The notes: generated by a model from the letters alone, not told the origin. Counted from the first letter of the stretch, positions 1-8,336 are shown. The stretch is DNA of 30,563 nucleotides from Gammaproteobacteria bacterium (GCA_041486325.1 JBGPLD010000001.1:1-30563), one strand, 5' to 3'. Numbers and translations: made by a program.

Positions 1-21
1 ACCTTCCTCCCGGTCATCGCC

Positions 22-1827
22 ATGCACCTCCTCGAACAGGCAGCTATCTTTCTTTTGACCGCGGTGCTGCTCGTACCGCTGTTCCAGCGCCTGAAGCTCG
101 GCGCCGTGCTCGGCTATCTCGGCGCGGGTATGTTGATCGGCCCGTGGGGCCTGGGCATGATCGGCGAGGTCCAGTCCACCATGCAGTTCGCCGAATTCGG
201 CGTGGTGCTGCTCCTGTTTCTGGTCGGACTGGAACTGCAGCCGAGCCGCCTTTGGGTGCTGCGACGGCCGGTGTTCGGGCTGGGCGGTGCGCAAGTGTTC
301 GCGACCGGGATCGTGCTTGCGCTCGCTGCGCTCGCGGTCGGGCTTTCGTGGCAGGCTGCGGTGGTAGCGGGTTTCGGGCTGGCGATGTCATCCACGGCTC
401 TGGTGCTTGCCTCGCTCGCCGAGCGCAAGCAGCTCGCCACCCGCCACGGGCGCGAAGCGTTTGCCGTCCTGCTGTTCCAGGACCTGTCGGTGATCCCGAT
501 ACTTGCGCTGCTGCCGCTTCTGAGCGGGTCCGCAGCGCAAACCTCGGGCGGCTGGATGGCGGCGGCAAAGGGACTGGCGGTGATTGCGGTGGTCGTCGTC
601 GCCAGCCGGTTGGTGGTACGCCCGGTGCTCAAGGCGGTCGCGACCTACGGCGGCCGCGAGGTATTCACGGCGGCGGCGTTGCTGCTCGTGATTGGCGCCG
701 CGCTTGTCATGGGAAAAATCGGCCTGTCGATGTCGCTCGGCGCGTTCCTCGCCGGGGTCCTGCTCGCCGATTCCGAATTCCGCCATGAACTCGAGGCCGA
801 CATCGAACCATTCAAGGGGCTGCTGCTCGGACTCTTCTTTATCGCGGTAGGCATGAGCACGAATCTCGCGCTCGTATGGAATCAGCCGCTCACCGTGCTC
901 GGCCTTGCCCTTTGCCTGATGCTCGTCAAGTTCGCCGTGATGGTCGCGATCGGCAGGATAGCCGGCGGGCCAAATGACGCCGTCCAGCGCCTTGCCGTGG
1001 CCCTCTCGCAGGGCGGCGAATTCGCCTTCGTGCTGTTCGCGGCTGCGGGTGGCTTGGGAATCTTCGATAGCGGCGCGGCGCAGATGCTGGTCGCGGTCGT
1101 CACTGTTTCGATGCTGTTCGCCCCGCTCGCCATCGGGCTGCACGAGCGCGCTCTTGCGCGCTGGCTCGAGCGCCACGCGGCGCCCGAGTTCGACGAGATC
1201 TCCGGACCCGGTAATCCGGTCATCATCGCTGGCTACGGGCGCATCGGCCAGATCGTCTCGCGCGTGCTGCGCATGTGCGGCGTGCCGTTCACCGCGCTCG
1301 AGGCGAGCTACCAGCAGGTGGATTTCGTGCGGCGCTTCGGCAGCAAGGTCTATTACGGCGACGCCTCGCGGCTCGAGCTGCTCGAGGCGGCGAAGACTAG
1401 CGAGGCAAAGCTCTTCGTTCTCGCGATCGACGACGTCGAGGCTTCGGTGAGGGCCGCTGCGGTCGTTCACAGGCATTTTCCGCAGGTTCCGATCATTGCG
1501 CGCGCGCGCAATCGCGTTCACTTTTTCCGTCTGCGCGACCTCGGGGTGAAAGTAATCTACCGCGAAACGTTCCCTGCGAGCCTCGACATGGCCCGCCACG
1601 CGCTGCTCAGTCTGGGATTCGGAATCGCGGCTTCCGAACGCGCGGTCGCGCTGTTCAAGCGGCACGACGAGGAGCGGCTCGAAGCGCAATACGCGGTGCA
1701 GCACGACGAAGCACAGCTTATCCAGACTTCAAAGGAAGCCGCTGCGCAATTGCAGGAGCTGTTCGAAGCCGACGGCCTCCAGCCGCTGGCGGGACTCTCG
1801 CAGGCCGCCGTTGGGCGCGCGAAATGA
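22..1827 (+). CDS. kefC: Glutathione-regulated K+ efflux antiporter, KefB/KefC family (CPA2)
   Basis: 601 aa; about 380-aa hydrophobic Na/H exchanger domain with AEFGVVLLLFLVGLEL, LLFQD and RHELEADIEPFKGLLLGLFF (KefC HALESDIEP-like); C-terminal KTN/RCK domain IIAGYGRIGQ...YGDASR. KefB vs KefC is not resolvable by eye. Confidence 0.9.
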   Translation: MHLLEQAAIFLLTAVLLVPLFQRLKLGAVLGYLGAGMLIGPWGLGMIGEVQSTMQFAEFGVVLLLFLVGLELQPSRLWVLRRPVFGLGGAQVFATGIVLALAALAVGLSWQAAVVAGFGLAMSSTALVLASLAERKQLATRHGREAFAVLLFQDLSVIPILALLPLLSGSAAQTSGGWMAAAKGLAVIAVVVVASRLVVRPVLKAVATYGGREVFTAAALLLVIGAALVMGKIGLSMSLGAFLAGVLLADSEFRHELEADIEPFKGLLLGLFFIAVGMSTNLALVWNQPLTVLGLALCLMLVKFAVMVAIGRIAGGPNDAVQRLAVALSQGGEFAFVLFAAAGGLGIFDSGAAQMLVAVVTVSMLFAPLAIGLHERALARWLERHAAPEFDEISGPGNPVIIAGYGRIGQIVSRVLRMCGVPFTALEASYQQVDFVRRFGSKVYYGDASRLELLEAAKTSEAKLFVLAIDDVEASVRAAAVVHRHFPQVPIIARARNRVHFFRLRDLGVKVIYRETFPASLDMARHALLSLGFGIAASERAVALFKRHDEERLEAQYAVQHDEAQLIQTSKEAAAQLQELFEADGLQPLAGLSQAAVGRAK

Positions 1828-2765
1828 ACGGCGGAGTGCTGCGAGCCAAATCAGGAATAAGAACGGTTACGTGTCGCGTTTTGCTCGTCACGTTGTGCCT
1901 TACGCTCGGCGCGGCGCCCACGCCGGGCATCGCGGCATCGGCCCCGCCGGCGAAGAAATTCAGCCACGGCCTGCTTTGGCGCGTGTCCAAGGCGGGCGTT
2001 CGGCCAAGCTACATCTTTGGAACCATTCACGTCTCCGACCCGCGCGTGCTCGATATTCCGGATGTCGTCAGCCGTGCCCTGGCACGCTCGAAGCGCTACT
2101 ACATGGAGAGCGTCCAGGGCGAGCGCGAGGCGGCGCGCTTCTTCGAGGCGGCGCAGTTCGAGGACGGGCGCAGGCTCGAGCCGCTGATCGGCGCCGAAGC
2201 CTACGCGAGTGTCGCTGCCATGCTGCGCGAGCGTCAGGTCCCGGACGAAGTGATCGAGCGCATTAAGCCCTGGGCAGCGCTTGCAAATTTCACCGTCACG
2301 CCCGAGGATTATGAGAACACGACGCTCGACCAGAAGCTGCTCGCGCTGGCGCGGGGGCGGCGGCTTCGTGTGATGGGTCTCGAAGGCATCGAGGAGAAGA
2401 TCTCGGCGTTCGACCAAATTCCGCTTGACTCTCAGGTCGAGCTGCTGAAGCACGCGCTCGCGCATCGCGACGATCTCGCGGCGATGGTCGAGTCAATCAT
2501 CCGGGCATGGATGAAGCGCGACCTGCAAGGCATGCACGCGGTGAACGACAGGATTGCGGCTCGCTTTCCGGAGATGGCGGAGCACTACCGCATCCTCTTC
2601 AGGCGCGTGGTCGAGAACCGCTCCGTAGTCATGGCGCACCGCCTCTTCATGCCGCTACGCGAGGGAAGGGCCTTCATCGCCATCGGCGCCAACCACCTCT
2701 ACGGCGAGGAGGGTGTGCTGGCGCTGATCGAGCAGCAAGGGTACCGGGTCGAGCGGGTGTATTGA
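1824..2765 (+). CDS. TraB/GumN (Tiki-superfamily) protein, probably exported
   Basis: N-terminal hydrophobic signal-like stretch; LLWRVS...SYIFGTIHV, GLEGIEE, C-terminal FIAIGANHLYGEEGVLALIEQQGYRV; ATGA overlap with the kefC stop. Start uncertain. Confidence 0.8.
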   Translation: MNGGVLRAKSGIRTVTCRVLLVTLCLTLGAAPTPGIAASAPPAKKFSHGLLWRVSKAGVRPSYIFGTIHVSDPRVLDIPDVVSRALARSKRYYMESVQGEREAARFFEAAQFEDGRRLEPLIGAEAYASVAAMLRERQVPDEVIERIKPWAALANFTVTPEDYENTTLDQKLLALARGRRLRVMGLEGIEEKISAFDQIPLDSQVELLKHALAHRDDLAAMVESIIRAWMKRDLQGMHAVNDRIAARFPEMAEHYRILFRRVVENRSVVMAHRLFMPLREGRAFIAIGANHLYGEEGVLALIEQQGYRVERVY

Positions 2766-2805
2766 GCCGCAATCAAAACGCTCAAAAATTCGAAACATTG
2801 ATCGG

Positions 2806-2811
2806 TACAAT
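2806..2811 (+). promoter_or_regulatory. Possible -10 element (TACAAT) for purN
   Basis: TACAAT at 2806-2811 in an AT-rich gap; no convincing -35 or TG extension. Confidence 0.35.
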
Positions 2812-2817
2812 AACGGC

Positions 2818-3444
2818 TTGAAAAACATCGTCATCCTCATCTCCGGCCGGGGCAGCAACATGGAAGCGATCGTGCATGCACAATTGCCCGCGCGTATCGC
2901 TGCGGTAATCAGCAATCGCCCCGACGCCGCGGGGCTCAAGTTTGCAACGCAGTCGGGTATTCCCACCGCAGTGGTCGATGACCGCGAATTTCCTGCGCGC
3001 GACGCCTTCGATGCCGCGCTTGCGAAGGCGATCGACGGTCATGCGCCGGATCTCGTCGCGCTCGCCGGTTTCATGCGCGTGCTCACGCAGGGTTTCGTGA
3101 AACGTTATGAGGGCAGATTGATAAACATCCATCCGTCGCTGCTGCCGGCTTTTTCCGGGCTGCACACGCACCGGCGCGCAATCGAAGAAGGCGTAAAGAT
3201 GCACGGCTGCACGGTTCATTTCGTCACCCCCGAGGTCGACCGCGGGCCTGTCATCATCCGGGCCGAGGTGGCTGTTCGCCCGGGCGACACCGAAGAATCG
3301 CTCGCTGCCCGCGTTCTAAGCCAGGAGCACCGAATCTATCCGATCGCCGTGCGCTGGTTCCTCGAGGACAGGCTCGTCGTCGAAAACGGGACCGTGCGCG
3401 TTAACGCAGCAGACGCCAGACAAACGCTGCTTTCCGAAGAATGA
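2818..3444 (+). CDS. purN: Phosphoribosylglycinamide formyltransferase
   Basis: MKNIVILISGRGSN start, LAGFMRVL, INIHPSLLP, GCTVHFV..EVDRGP; TTG start. Confidence 0.97.
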   Translation: MKNIVILISGRGSNMEAIVHAQLPARIAAVISNRPDAAGLKFATQSGIPTAVVDDREFPARDAFDAALAKAIDGHAPDLVALAGFMRVLTQGFVKRYEGRLINIHPSLLPAFSGLHTHRRAIEEGVKMHGCTVHFVTPEVDRGPVIIRAEVAVRPGDTEESLAARVLSQEHRIYPIAVRWFLEDRLVVENGTVRVNAADARQTLLSEE

Positions 3445-4148
3445 TTCCGAGCGCCATGAGGTACCGCCGAAACGCCCTGTTTGCTTTGTTTCTGTGTTCC
3501 GTTGCTGCGCAGGCGGCGCCGCCGCCCCGCGTAACGCTTACCTATGAAATTACATACGACGGCATGATTCGCGGGAAGGGCGAGGTGGTGGAGACTCTGG
3601 AGCACGACGGCAATTCCTACGCAATTACTTCCGAAGTGAGAGGGAAGGGAATCCTGGCGCTGATAGGGGTGCTGAAGCGCACCAGCCGCGGCAGCATCAC
3701 GCCGCGCGGTCTCAGGCCGGACGAATTTCTCGACCAGCGCGGAAGCAGATCTCCGGTAAGGGCCAGATTCGACTGGCGCGCGCGATCGCTGACGCAGGAG
3801 AGAAACGGCAGGACGGAAACGATCGAGATGCCGGCATCGGCGCAGGACCCCTTGAGTCTCGCGTACAATTTTTCATTTATTCCGCCCGCGGGCAAGGTGT
3901 TCGAAATCGTGCGCGCTGACGGCCGCGGGCTGACGCCGTTCCGCTTCAACGTAGTCGGCACCGAGAAACTGACAACGCCCGCCGGCGAGATGCAGACGCT
4001 GCACATCGCGAAGGAGCGCGATGGTCCCGATGACAAGAGCACTGAAATCTGGTTCGCGAGCGAGCACGATTATTTGCCAGTGCGCGTCCTCGTCGTGGAC
4101 AAGGACGGCACCCGCGCCGACCAGGTCCTCACGCGCATTGGCAATTGA
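3441..4148 (+). CDS. DUF3108-family exported protein
   Basis: Signal peptide ending in AAQA, beta-rich body, AQDPLSLAY, GTEKLTTPAGEMQTLH, IWFASEHDYLPVR; ATGA overlap with purN. Alternative start ATG 3456. Confidence 0.7.
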   Translation: MIPSAMRYRRNALFALFLCSVAAQAAPPPRVTLTYEITYDGMIRGKGEVVETLEHDGNSYAITSEVRGKGILALIGVLKRTSRGSITPRGLRPDEFLDQRGSRSPVRARFDWRARSLTQERNGRTETIEMPASAQDPLSLAYNFSFIPPAGKVFEIVRADGRGLTPFRFNVVGTEKLTTPAGEMQTLHIAKERDGPDDKSTEIWFASEHDYLPVRVLVVDKDGTRADQVLTRIGN

Positions 4149-5404
4149 TGCGCTTCTCGCGCCCGCTCCTCGACGCCTGCACCGCGGCGTTCGCCGCCGT
4201 GCTGCCCCTAGAGCAACCCGCAGACTCGACGCTCTCAGCGTTCTTCCGCTCGCACCCGAAAATCGGCCAGCACGACCGCGCCGTCGTCGCTGAATCCGTG
4301 TACGCAGCGCTGCGCCGGCGCAGGCTGCTCGAGCGTGCCGCCGCGACGCGCTCGCCGCGACGCCTTGTGCTGGCGACGTGGACGGTGCTGCTGGGCGCGA
4401 ACCTGCGAGAGCTCGAACCCTGGCTACGGGGGGACGAGACCGAATGGCTGGCCGTGGTCAAGGGCGATGCGCGCGCACCTCAGCCCTTCGAGATCGAATG
4501 CGATCTTCCCGACTGGGTGCTCGAGCGGCTGCGGCCGCGGTTTGACGATGCCGCCCTGCTGCGGATTGCGAAGGGATTGCTGCAGGCCGCTCCGCTCGAT
4601 CTGCGCGTAAACCTCATGAAGACGACGCGAGAGGCGGCGGTCGATCGGCTTGCCGCGGACGGACTGCGCGGCGTGCCCACGCCTTATTCGCTTGCGGGAA
4701 TCAGACTCGAAACGAAGCCCTCGATCAACCGGCATCCGCTCTATCTCGACGGAAGCATCGAGGTGCAGGACGAGGGCAGCCAGCTGGTCTGCGACCTCGT
4801 CGCTCCCAGACGTGGCGAGATGGTCGTGGACTTCTGCGCCGGCGCGGGCGGCAAGACGCTCGCGCTGGGCGCGCTGATGCGCTCGACCGGGCGGCTCTAC
4901 GCGTTCGATGTCTCGCCTGGGCGCCTGGCGAAGCTCAGGCCGCGGCTTGCGCGCTCGGGGCTGTCCAATGTGCACCCTCAGCGCATCGAACGCGAAAACG
5001 ACGCGCGCGTGAAACGTCTCGCCGGCAAGATCGACCGGGTGCTGGTAGACGCACCCTGCAGCGGACTGGGCACGCTGCGGCGCAATCCCGATATGAAATG
5101 GCGGCAGACAACGCGGGACGTGGCGGAACTGGCCGAGAAGCAGAATGCGATTCTTGGCGCGGCGGCGCGGCTGGTAAAGCCCGGCGGGCGGCTGGTGTAC
5201 GCGACCTGCAGCATTCTCGACGAGGAGAACCGGCGCATCAGCGAGAAATTTCTAGCGGGAAATCCGCAATTCGCGCTGCGGCCGGCGGGCGAGGTCCTAA
5301 GAAAGGAGCGAATCGAGCTCGATACTGGCGAATTCCTCGAGCTTTGGCCGCACCGGCACGGCACCGACGGATTTTTCGCCGCCGTTTTCGAGCGCAGCGC
5401 GTAA
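4148..5404 (+). CDS. RsmB/NOP (Fmu/Sun) family SAM-dependent m5C RNA methyltransferase
   Basis: VQDEGSQL, DFCAGAGGKT, VLVDAPCSGLG, YATCS, TDGFF. ATG 4148 overlaps the upstream TGA (TGATG), preferred over TTG 4145. Confidence 0.92.
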   Translation: MRFSRPLLDACTAAFAAVLPLEQPADSTLSAFFRSHPKIGQHDRAVVAESVYAALRRRRLLERAAATRSPRRLVLATWTVLLGANLRELEPWLRGDETEWLAVVKGDARAPQPFEIECDLPDWVLERLRPRFDDAALLRIAKGLLQAAPLDLRVNLMKTTREAAVDRLAADGLRGVPTPYSLAGIRLETKPSINRHPLYLDGSIEVQDEGSQLVCDLVAPRRGEMVVDFCAGAGGKTLALGALMRSTGRLYAFDVSPGRLAKLRPRLARSGLSNVHPQRIERENDARVKRLAGKIDRVLVDAPCSGLGTLRRNPDMKWRQTTRDVAELAEKQNAILGAAARLVKPGGRLVYATCSILDEENRRISEKFLAGNPQFALRPAGEVLRKERIELDTGEFLELWPHRHGTDGFFAAVFERSA

Positions 5405-5429
5405 GGAATTGAAGCAACGCGAGTAATTG

Positions 5430-5481
5430 ACCCGAAACCTCGCGCAAGTACTTGATAACGGTAAAACCTCCGGTTTCGGGT
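5430..5481. promoter_or_regulatory. 10-bp inverted repeat enclosing a consensus IHF site upstream of the desaturase promoter
   Basis: ACCCGAAACC (5430-5439) / GGTTTCGGGT (5472-5481); 5445-5457 reads TATCAAGTACTTG on the minus strand, a full match to WATCAANNNNTTR. Confidence 0.55.
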
Positions 5482-5491
5482 AAAGTATCGG

Positions 5492-5519
5492 TTGCCTGTT
5501 GCGGAAATTCACGTAAAAT
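5492..5519 (+). promoter_or_regulatory. Sigma70-type promoter for the desaturase
   Basis: TTGCCT (5492-5497)-N16-TAAAAT (5514-5519), followed by AAGGAG RBS and ATG 5544. Confidence 0.6.
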
Positions 5520-5543
5520 CCGCGGCAAAATACAAGGAGTCCA

Positions 5544-6728
5544 ATGGACAACCCGCTGTTTTCGGGCGTATTTGACCTCCCCTGGTGGGGCCTCATTCTT
5601 GCGGTCCTGTTCCTGACCCACATCACGATAGTCAGCGTGACGGTGTTCCTGCACCGCTGCCAGGCGCACCGTGCGCTCGAGCTGCATCCGGTCGTGAGCC
5701 ATTTCTTCCGCTTGTGGTTGTGGATGACGACGGGCATGGTGACAAAGGAATGGGCGGCGATCCATCGCAAGCACCACGCCAAATGCGAAACGCCGGACGA
5801 TCCGCACAGTCCGCAAGTTGTGGGCATCAACCGCGTGCTCTGGGGCGGGGTGTTCCTGTATGTTAAAGAGGCGTACAACCGCGAGACCATCGAGCGCTAC
5901 GGCCACGGCACGCCCGACGACTGGGTCGAGCGCAACATCTATTCCCGCTACCTGATCCTCGGCATCACGACCATGGGCGTCGCGGACGTGGTGCTCTTCG
6001 GCGTCGTGCCGGGGGTGCTGATACTGCTCACGCAAATCGTCTGGATCCCGTTCTGGGCGGCCGGTGTGATAAACGGCATCGGCCACTTCTGGGGCTACCG
6101 CAGTTGGTCAACCGAGGACGCGAGCACCAACATCGTGCCCTGGGGCATTCTCATCGGCGGCGAGGAGCTTCACAACAACCACCACGCGTACGCGACGTCG
6201 GCCAAGCTCTCGAACAAGTGGTACGAGTTCGACATCGGCTGGATGTACATCCGCATTCTTGAAGCGCTGGGCCTGGTGCAGGTGAAGAAGGTGGCGCCGA
6301 CGCCGCGCTTCACAGAGGCGAAGCCGGCGGTGGATACGGAGACATTGCAGGCGGTTATTACCCACCGCTACGACGTGCTCGCGAAATACGCCAAGTCGCT
6401 TAAGCGGACCTATGCCGAAGAACTCGGCAAGCTGCGCCGCTTTGCGCCGCACGACGTGCATGTTCTGCAGAGCCTGAAGCGCTGGCTGCACCGCGACGAG
6501 AGGACGCTCGGCGAAACCGAGCGCGCGGATCTAGAGAAGGGGCTGTCGAAGTCGCGCGCGCTGCAGACGGTGTACTCAATGCGCGCGGAACTGGTGACAC
6601 TGTGGGAGCGCTCTACCGCCACGCGCGAGCAACTCGTCAGGCACCTGCAAGACTGGTGCCACCGCGCCGAGGCGAGCGGCATCCGTCCGCTGGTGGAGTT
6701 CTCGCACCGGCTGCGCAGCTACGCGTAG
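5544..6728 (+). CDS. desA: Membrane fatty acid (acyl-lipid/acyl-CoA delta-9) desaturase, DesA family, with C-terminal helical extension
   Basis: Three His boxes HRCQAH, HRKHH, HNNHH; GEELHNNHH; EFDIGW; about 125-aa soluble C-terminal extension. Confidence 0.9.
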   Translation: MDNPLFSGVFDLPWWGLILAVLFLTHITIVSVTVFLHRCQAHRALELHPVVSHFFRLWLWMTTGMVTKEWAAIHRKHHAKCETPDDPHSPQVVGINRVLWGGVFLYVKEAYNRETIERYGHGTPDDWVERNIYSRYLILGITTMGVADVVLFGVVPGVLILLTQIVWIPFWAAGVINGIGHFWGYRSWSTEDASTNIVPWGILIGGEELHNNHHAYATSAKLSNKWYEFDIGWMYIRILEALGLVQVKKVAPTPRFTEAKPAVDTETLQAVITHRYDVLAKYAKSLKRTYAEELGKLRRFAPHDVHVLQSLKRWLHRDERTLGETERADLEKGLSKSRALQTVYSMRAELVTLWERSTATREQLVRHLQDWCHRAEASGIRPLVEFSHRLRSYA

Positions 6729-6736
6729 AGCAGAGT

Positions 6737-6764
6737 CGTCATTCCCGCGCAAGCGGGGATACAG
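6737..6764. repeat. dRS3/REP-like palindromic element (single copy in window)
   Basis: CGTCATTCCCGCGCAAGCGGGGATACAG; core ATTCCC-N8-GGGGAT is one mismatch from the ATTCCC-N8-GGGAAT dRS3 consensus. Confidence 0.65.
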
Positions 6765-6789
6765 AAAACCCGCTGCTGGCGGGTTTTTT
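6765..6789 (+). terminator. Rho-independent terminator after desA (potentially bidirectional)
   Basis: AAAACCCGC-TGCTG-GCGGGTTTT, with a T6 tract at 6784-6789. Confidence 0.85.
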
Positions 6790-6827
6790 GTTCGTCCCCC
6801 CAATACCGTGCGCGTCCATGTGCCGGG

Positions 6828-6856
6828 CTGACACGTCCCGCCCCTGCTGATACAGT
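6828..6856 (+). promoter_or_regulatory. Promoter for the amidohydrolase gene
   Basis: CTGACA (6828-6833)-N17-TACAGT (6851-6856) with TG extension at 6848-6849. Confidence 0.5.
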
Positions 6857-6895
6857 GCGGGCACACGTTCAATCTTGATCGGAGATTGGCAATTC

Positions 6896-7855
6896 ATGGT
6901 AACGAAAAAGAAACCATTCATCATCGCGCTCGAAGAGCATTACTACGACGCCGAGGTGGCCAGGCATTTCCGCGGTGGCGATCCGTCGCCCGCGACGCGC
7001 CAACGACTGGAGGATCTGGGCACGCTGCGATTGAAGGAGATGGACGAGGCCGGCATCGACGTCCAGGTCATTTCCCACGGAGCGCCAGCGACTCAGCGAT
7101 TGGACGCGCAGACCGCCGTTCCGCTTGCGCGCCGGGCGAATGATCGGCTGCATGAGGCGGTCCGCGCCCATCCCGACCGGTTCGCGGGCTTTGCTGCGCT
7201 GCCCACGGCCGATCCCAAGGCGGCTGCCGATGAGCTCGAGCGCGCCGTCACCAAGCTCGGTTTCAAGGGCGCCATGGTGCACGGGCCCACCAACGGGGTC
7301 TTTTTCGACGACAAGCGGTTCTGGCCGATCTTCGAGCGTGCGCAGGTACTGGATGTTCCGCTCTACGTGCACCCTTCGGTGCCTCACCCGGCCGTTGTCG
7401 AGGCGTATTACAAGGACTATCTGAAGGATTTTCCCTCGCTGCTCACTGCGGCATGGGGCTTCACCGTCGAGACCGCCACGCAGGGCATCCGGCTCGTGCT
7501 GAGCGGCGTCTTCGACGCCTATCCGCGCGTGAAGATCATCCTCGGGCATCTGGGCGAATCGCTGCCGTTCTCGCTCTGGCGGATCGACATGGCTCTGGCA
7601 CGCGAAGGCAACCGTCCCGCGTCGTTTCGCCAGTACTTCTGCGAGCATTTCTACATCACCACGAGCGGCAACTTCTCGAACCCGGCGCTTCTGTGCTGCA
7701 TCATGGAGATGGGAGTCGACCGGATCCTCTTCTCGGTGGATTACCCGTTTGTCGAGAACAAGCCCGGAACGAAATGGATGGAGAGCGTGCCGCTTTGCGC
7801 CGAGGACCGGGAGAAAATTCTGAGCGGCAACGCGAAGCGGCTGCTTAAGATGTAG
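6896..7855 (+). CDS. Amidohydrolase_2 family protein (non-oxidative aromatic acid decarboxylase-like: LigW / 2,3-dihydroxybenzoate / gamma-resorcylate decarboxylase group)
   Basis: IIALEEHY metal motif, MDEAGIDVQVIS, PLYVHP, IILGHLGE, LFSVDYPF. Start moved to ATG 6896 (GGAGA RBS at 6881-6885). Substrate not assignable. Confidence 0.85.
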   Translation: MVTKKKPFIIALEEHYYDAEVARHFRGGDPSPATRQRLEDLGTLRLKEMDEAGIDVQVISHGAPATQRLDAQTAVPLARRANDRLHEAVRAHPDRFAGFAALPTADPKAAADELERAVTKLGFKGAMVHGPTNGVFFDDKRFWPIFERAQVLDVPLYVHPSVPHPAVVEAYYKDYLKDFPSLLTAAWGFTVETATQGIRLVLSGVFDAYPRVKIILGHLGESLPFSLWRIDMALAREGNRPASFRQYFCEHFYITTSGNFSNPALLCCIMEMGVDRILFSVDYPFVENKPGTKWMESVPLCAEDREKILSGNAKRLLKM

Positions 7856-7874
7856 ATCAGGCCGCGGCACAGAC

Positions 7875-7902
7875 AAAGAGCCCGTTATCGCGGGTTTTTT
7901 TT
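7875..7902 (+). terminator. Rho-independent terminator between the amidohydrolase and rpmG
   Basis: AAAGAGCCCG-TTATCG-CGGG followed by T8 (7895-7902); the lower stem relies on G-U pairs, so it works best on the + strand. Confidence 0.7.
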
Positions 7903-7903
7903 G

Positions 7904-8059
7904 CTACTTGATCTTCCCCTCTTTATAGATCACGTGCTTCCGCGCCACGGGGTCGAATTTCTTCATCTCCAGCTTCTCGGGCTTGGCGCGCCTGTTCTTG
8001 GTGGTGGTGTAGAAATGGCCGGTTCCGGCGGTGGATTCAAGCTTGATTTTCTCGCGCAT
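7904..8059 (-). CDS. rpmG: 50S ribosomal protein L33 (missing from the ORF track)
   Basis: Hand translation: [51 protein letters not shown] (51 aa, Cys-free form), directly downstream of rpmB. Confidence 0.97.
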   Translation of the reverse strand: MREKIKLESTAGTGHFYTTTKNRRAKPEKLEMKKFDPVARKHVIYKEGKIK

Positions 8060-8076
8060 TATCGCGGCTCTTCGGA

Positions 8077-8310
8077 CTAGACGATGCCGCGCTCGCGCAA
8101 GTCGGCGAGAACGGCTTCGATGCCCTTCTTGCTGATTATGCGCAGGCCGGCGGTGGAAATGCGCAAGGACACCCAGCGCTTCTCGCCGTCAACCCAGAAG
8201 CGGCGGTAATGCAGGTTGGGCAGGAACCGGCGCTTGGTCTTGTTGTTGGCGTGGGAGACGTTGTTCCCCACCTGCGGCTTCTTCCCCGTAATCTGGCAGA
8301 CGCGTGCCAT
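8077..8310 (-). CDS. rpmB: 50S ribosomal protein L28
   Basis: [33 protein letters not shown]. Confidence 0.98.
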   Translation of the reverse strand: MARVCQITGKKPQVGNNVSHANNKTKRRFLPNLHYRRFWVDGEKRWVSLRISTAGLRIISKKGIEAVLADLRERGIV

Positions 8311-8336
8311 GTGCTGCTCCGGAACGAAAGGGGCGA

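Noticed and set aside
388-1704. Long antisense ORFs (also 5238..6086, 6869..7876, 9116..10009, 16528..17295, 23698..25245, 25379..26221, 27963..28880)
   Set aside because: They lie opposite well-supported genes, have no recognisable motifs, and are expected from codon bias in GC-rich DNA.
6350-6728. IS element / transposase gene at the desA 3' end
   Set aside because: In frame with an intact desaturase; no terminal inverted repeats, target duplication or complete catalytic domain. Kept only as a domain-origin finding.
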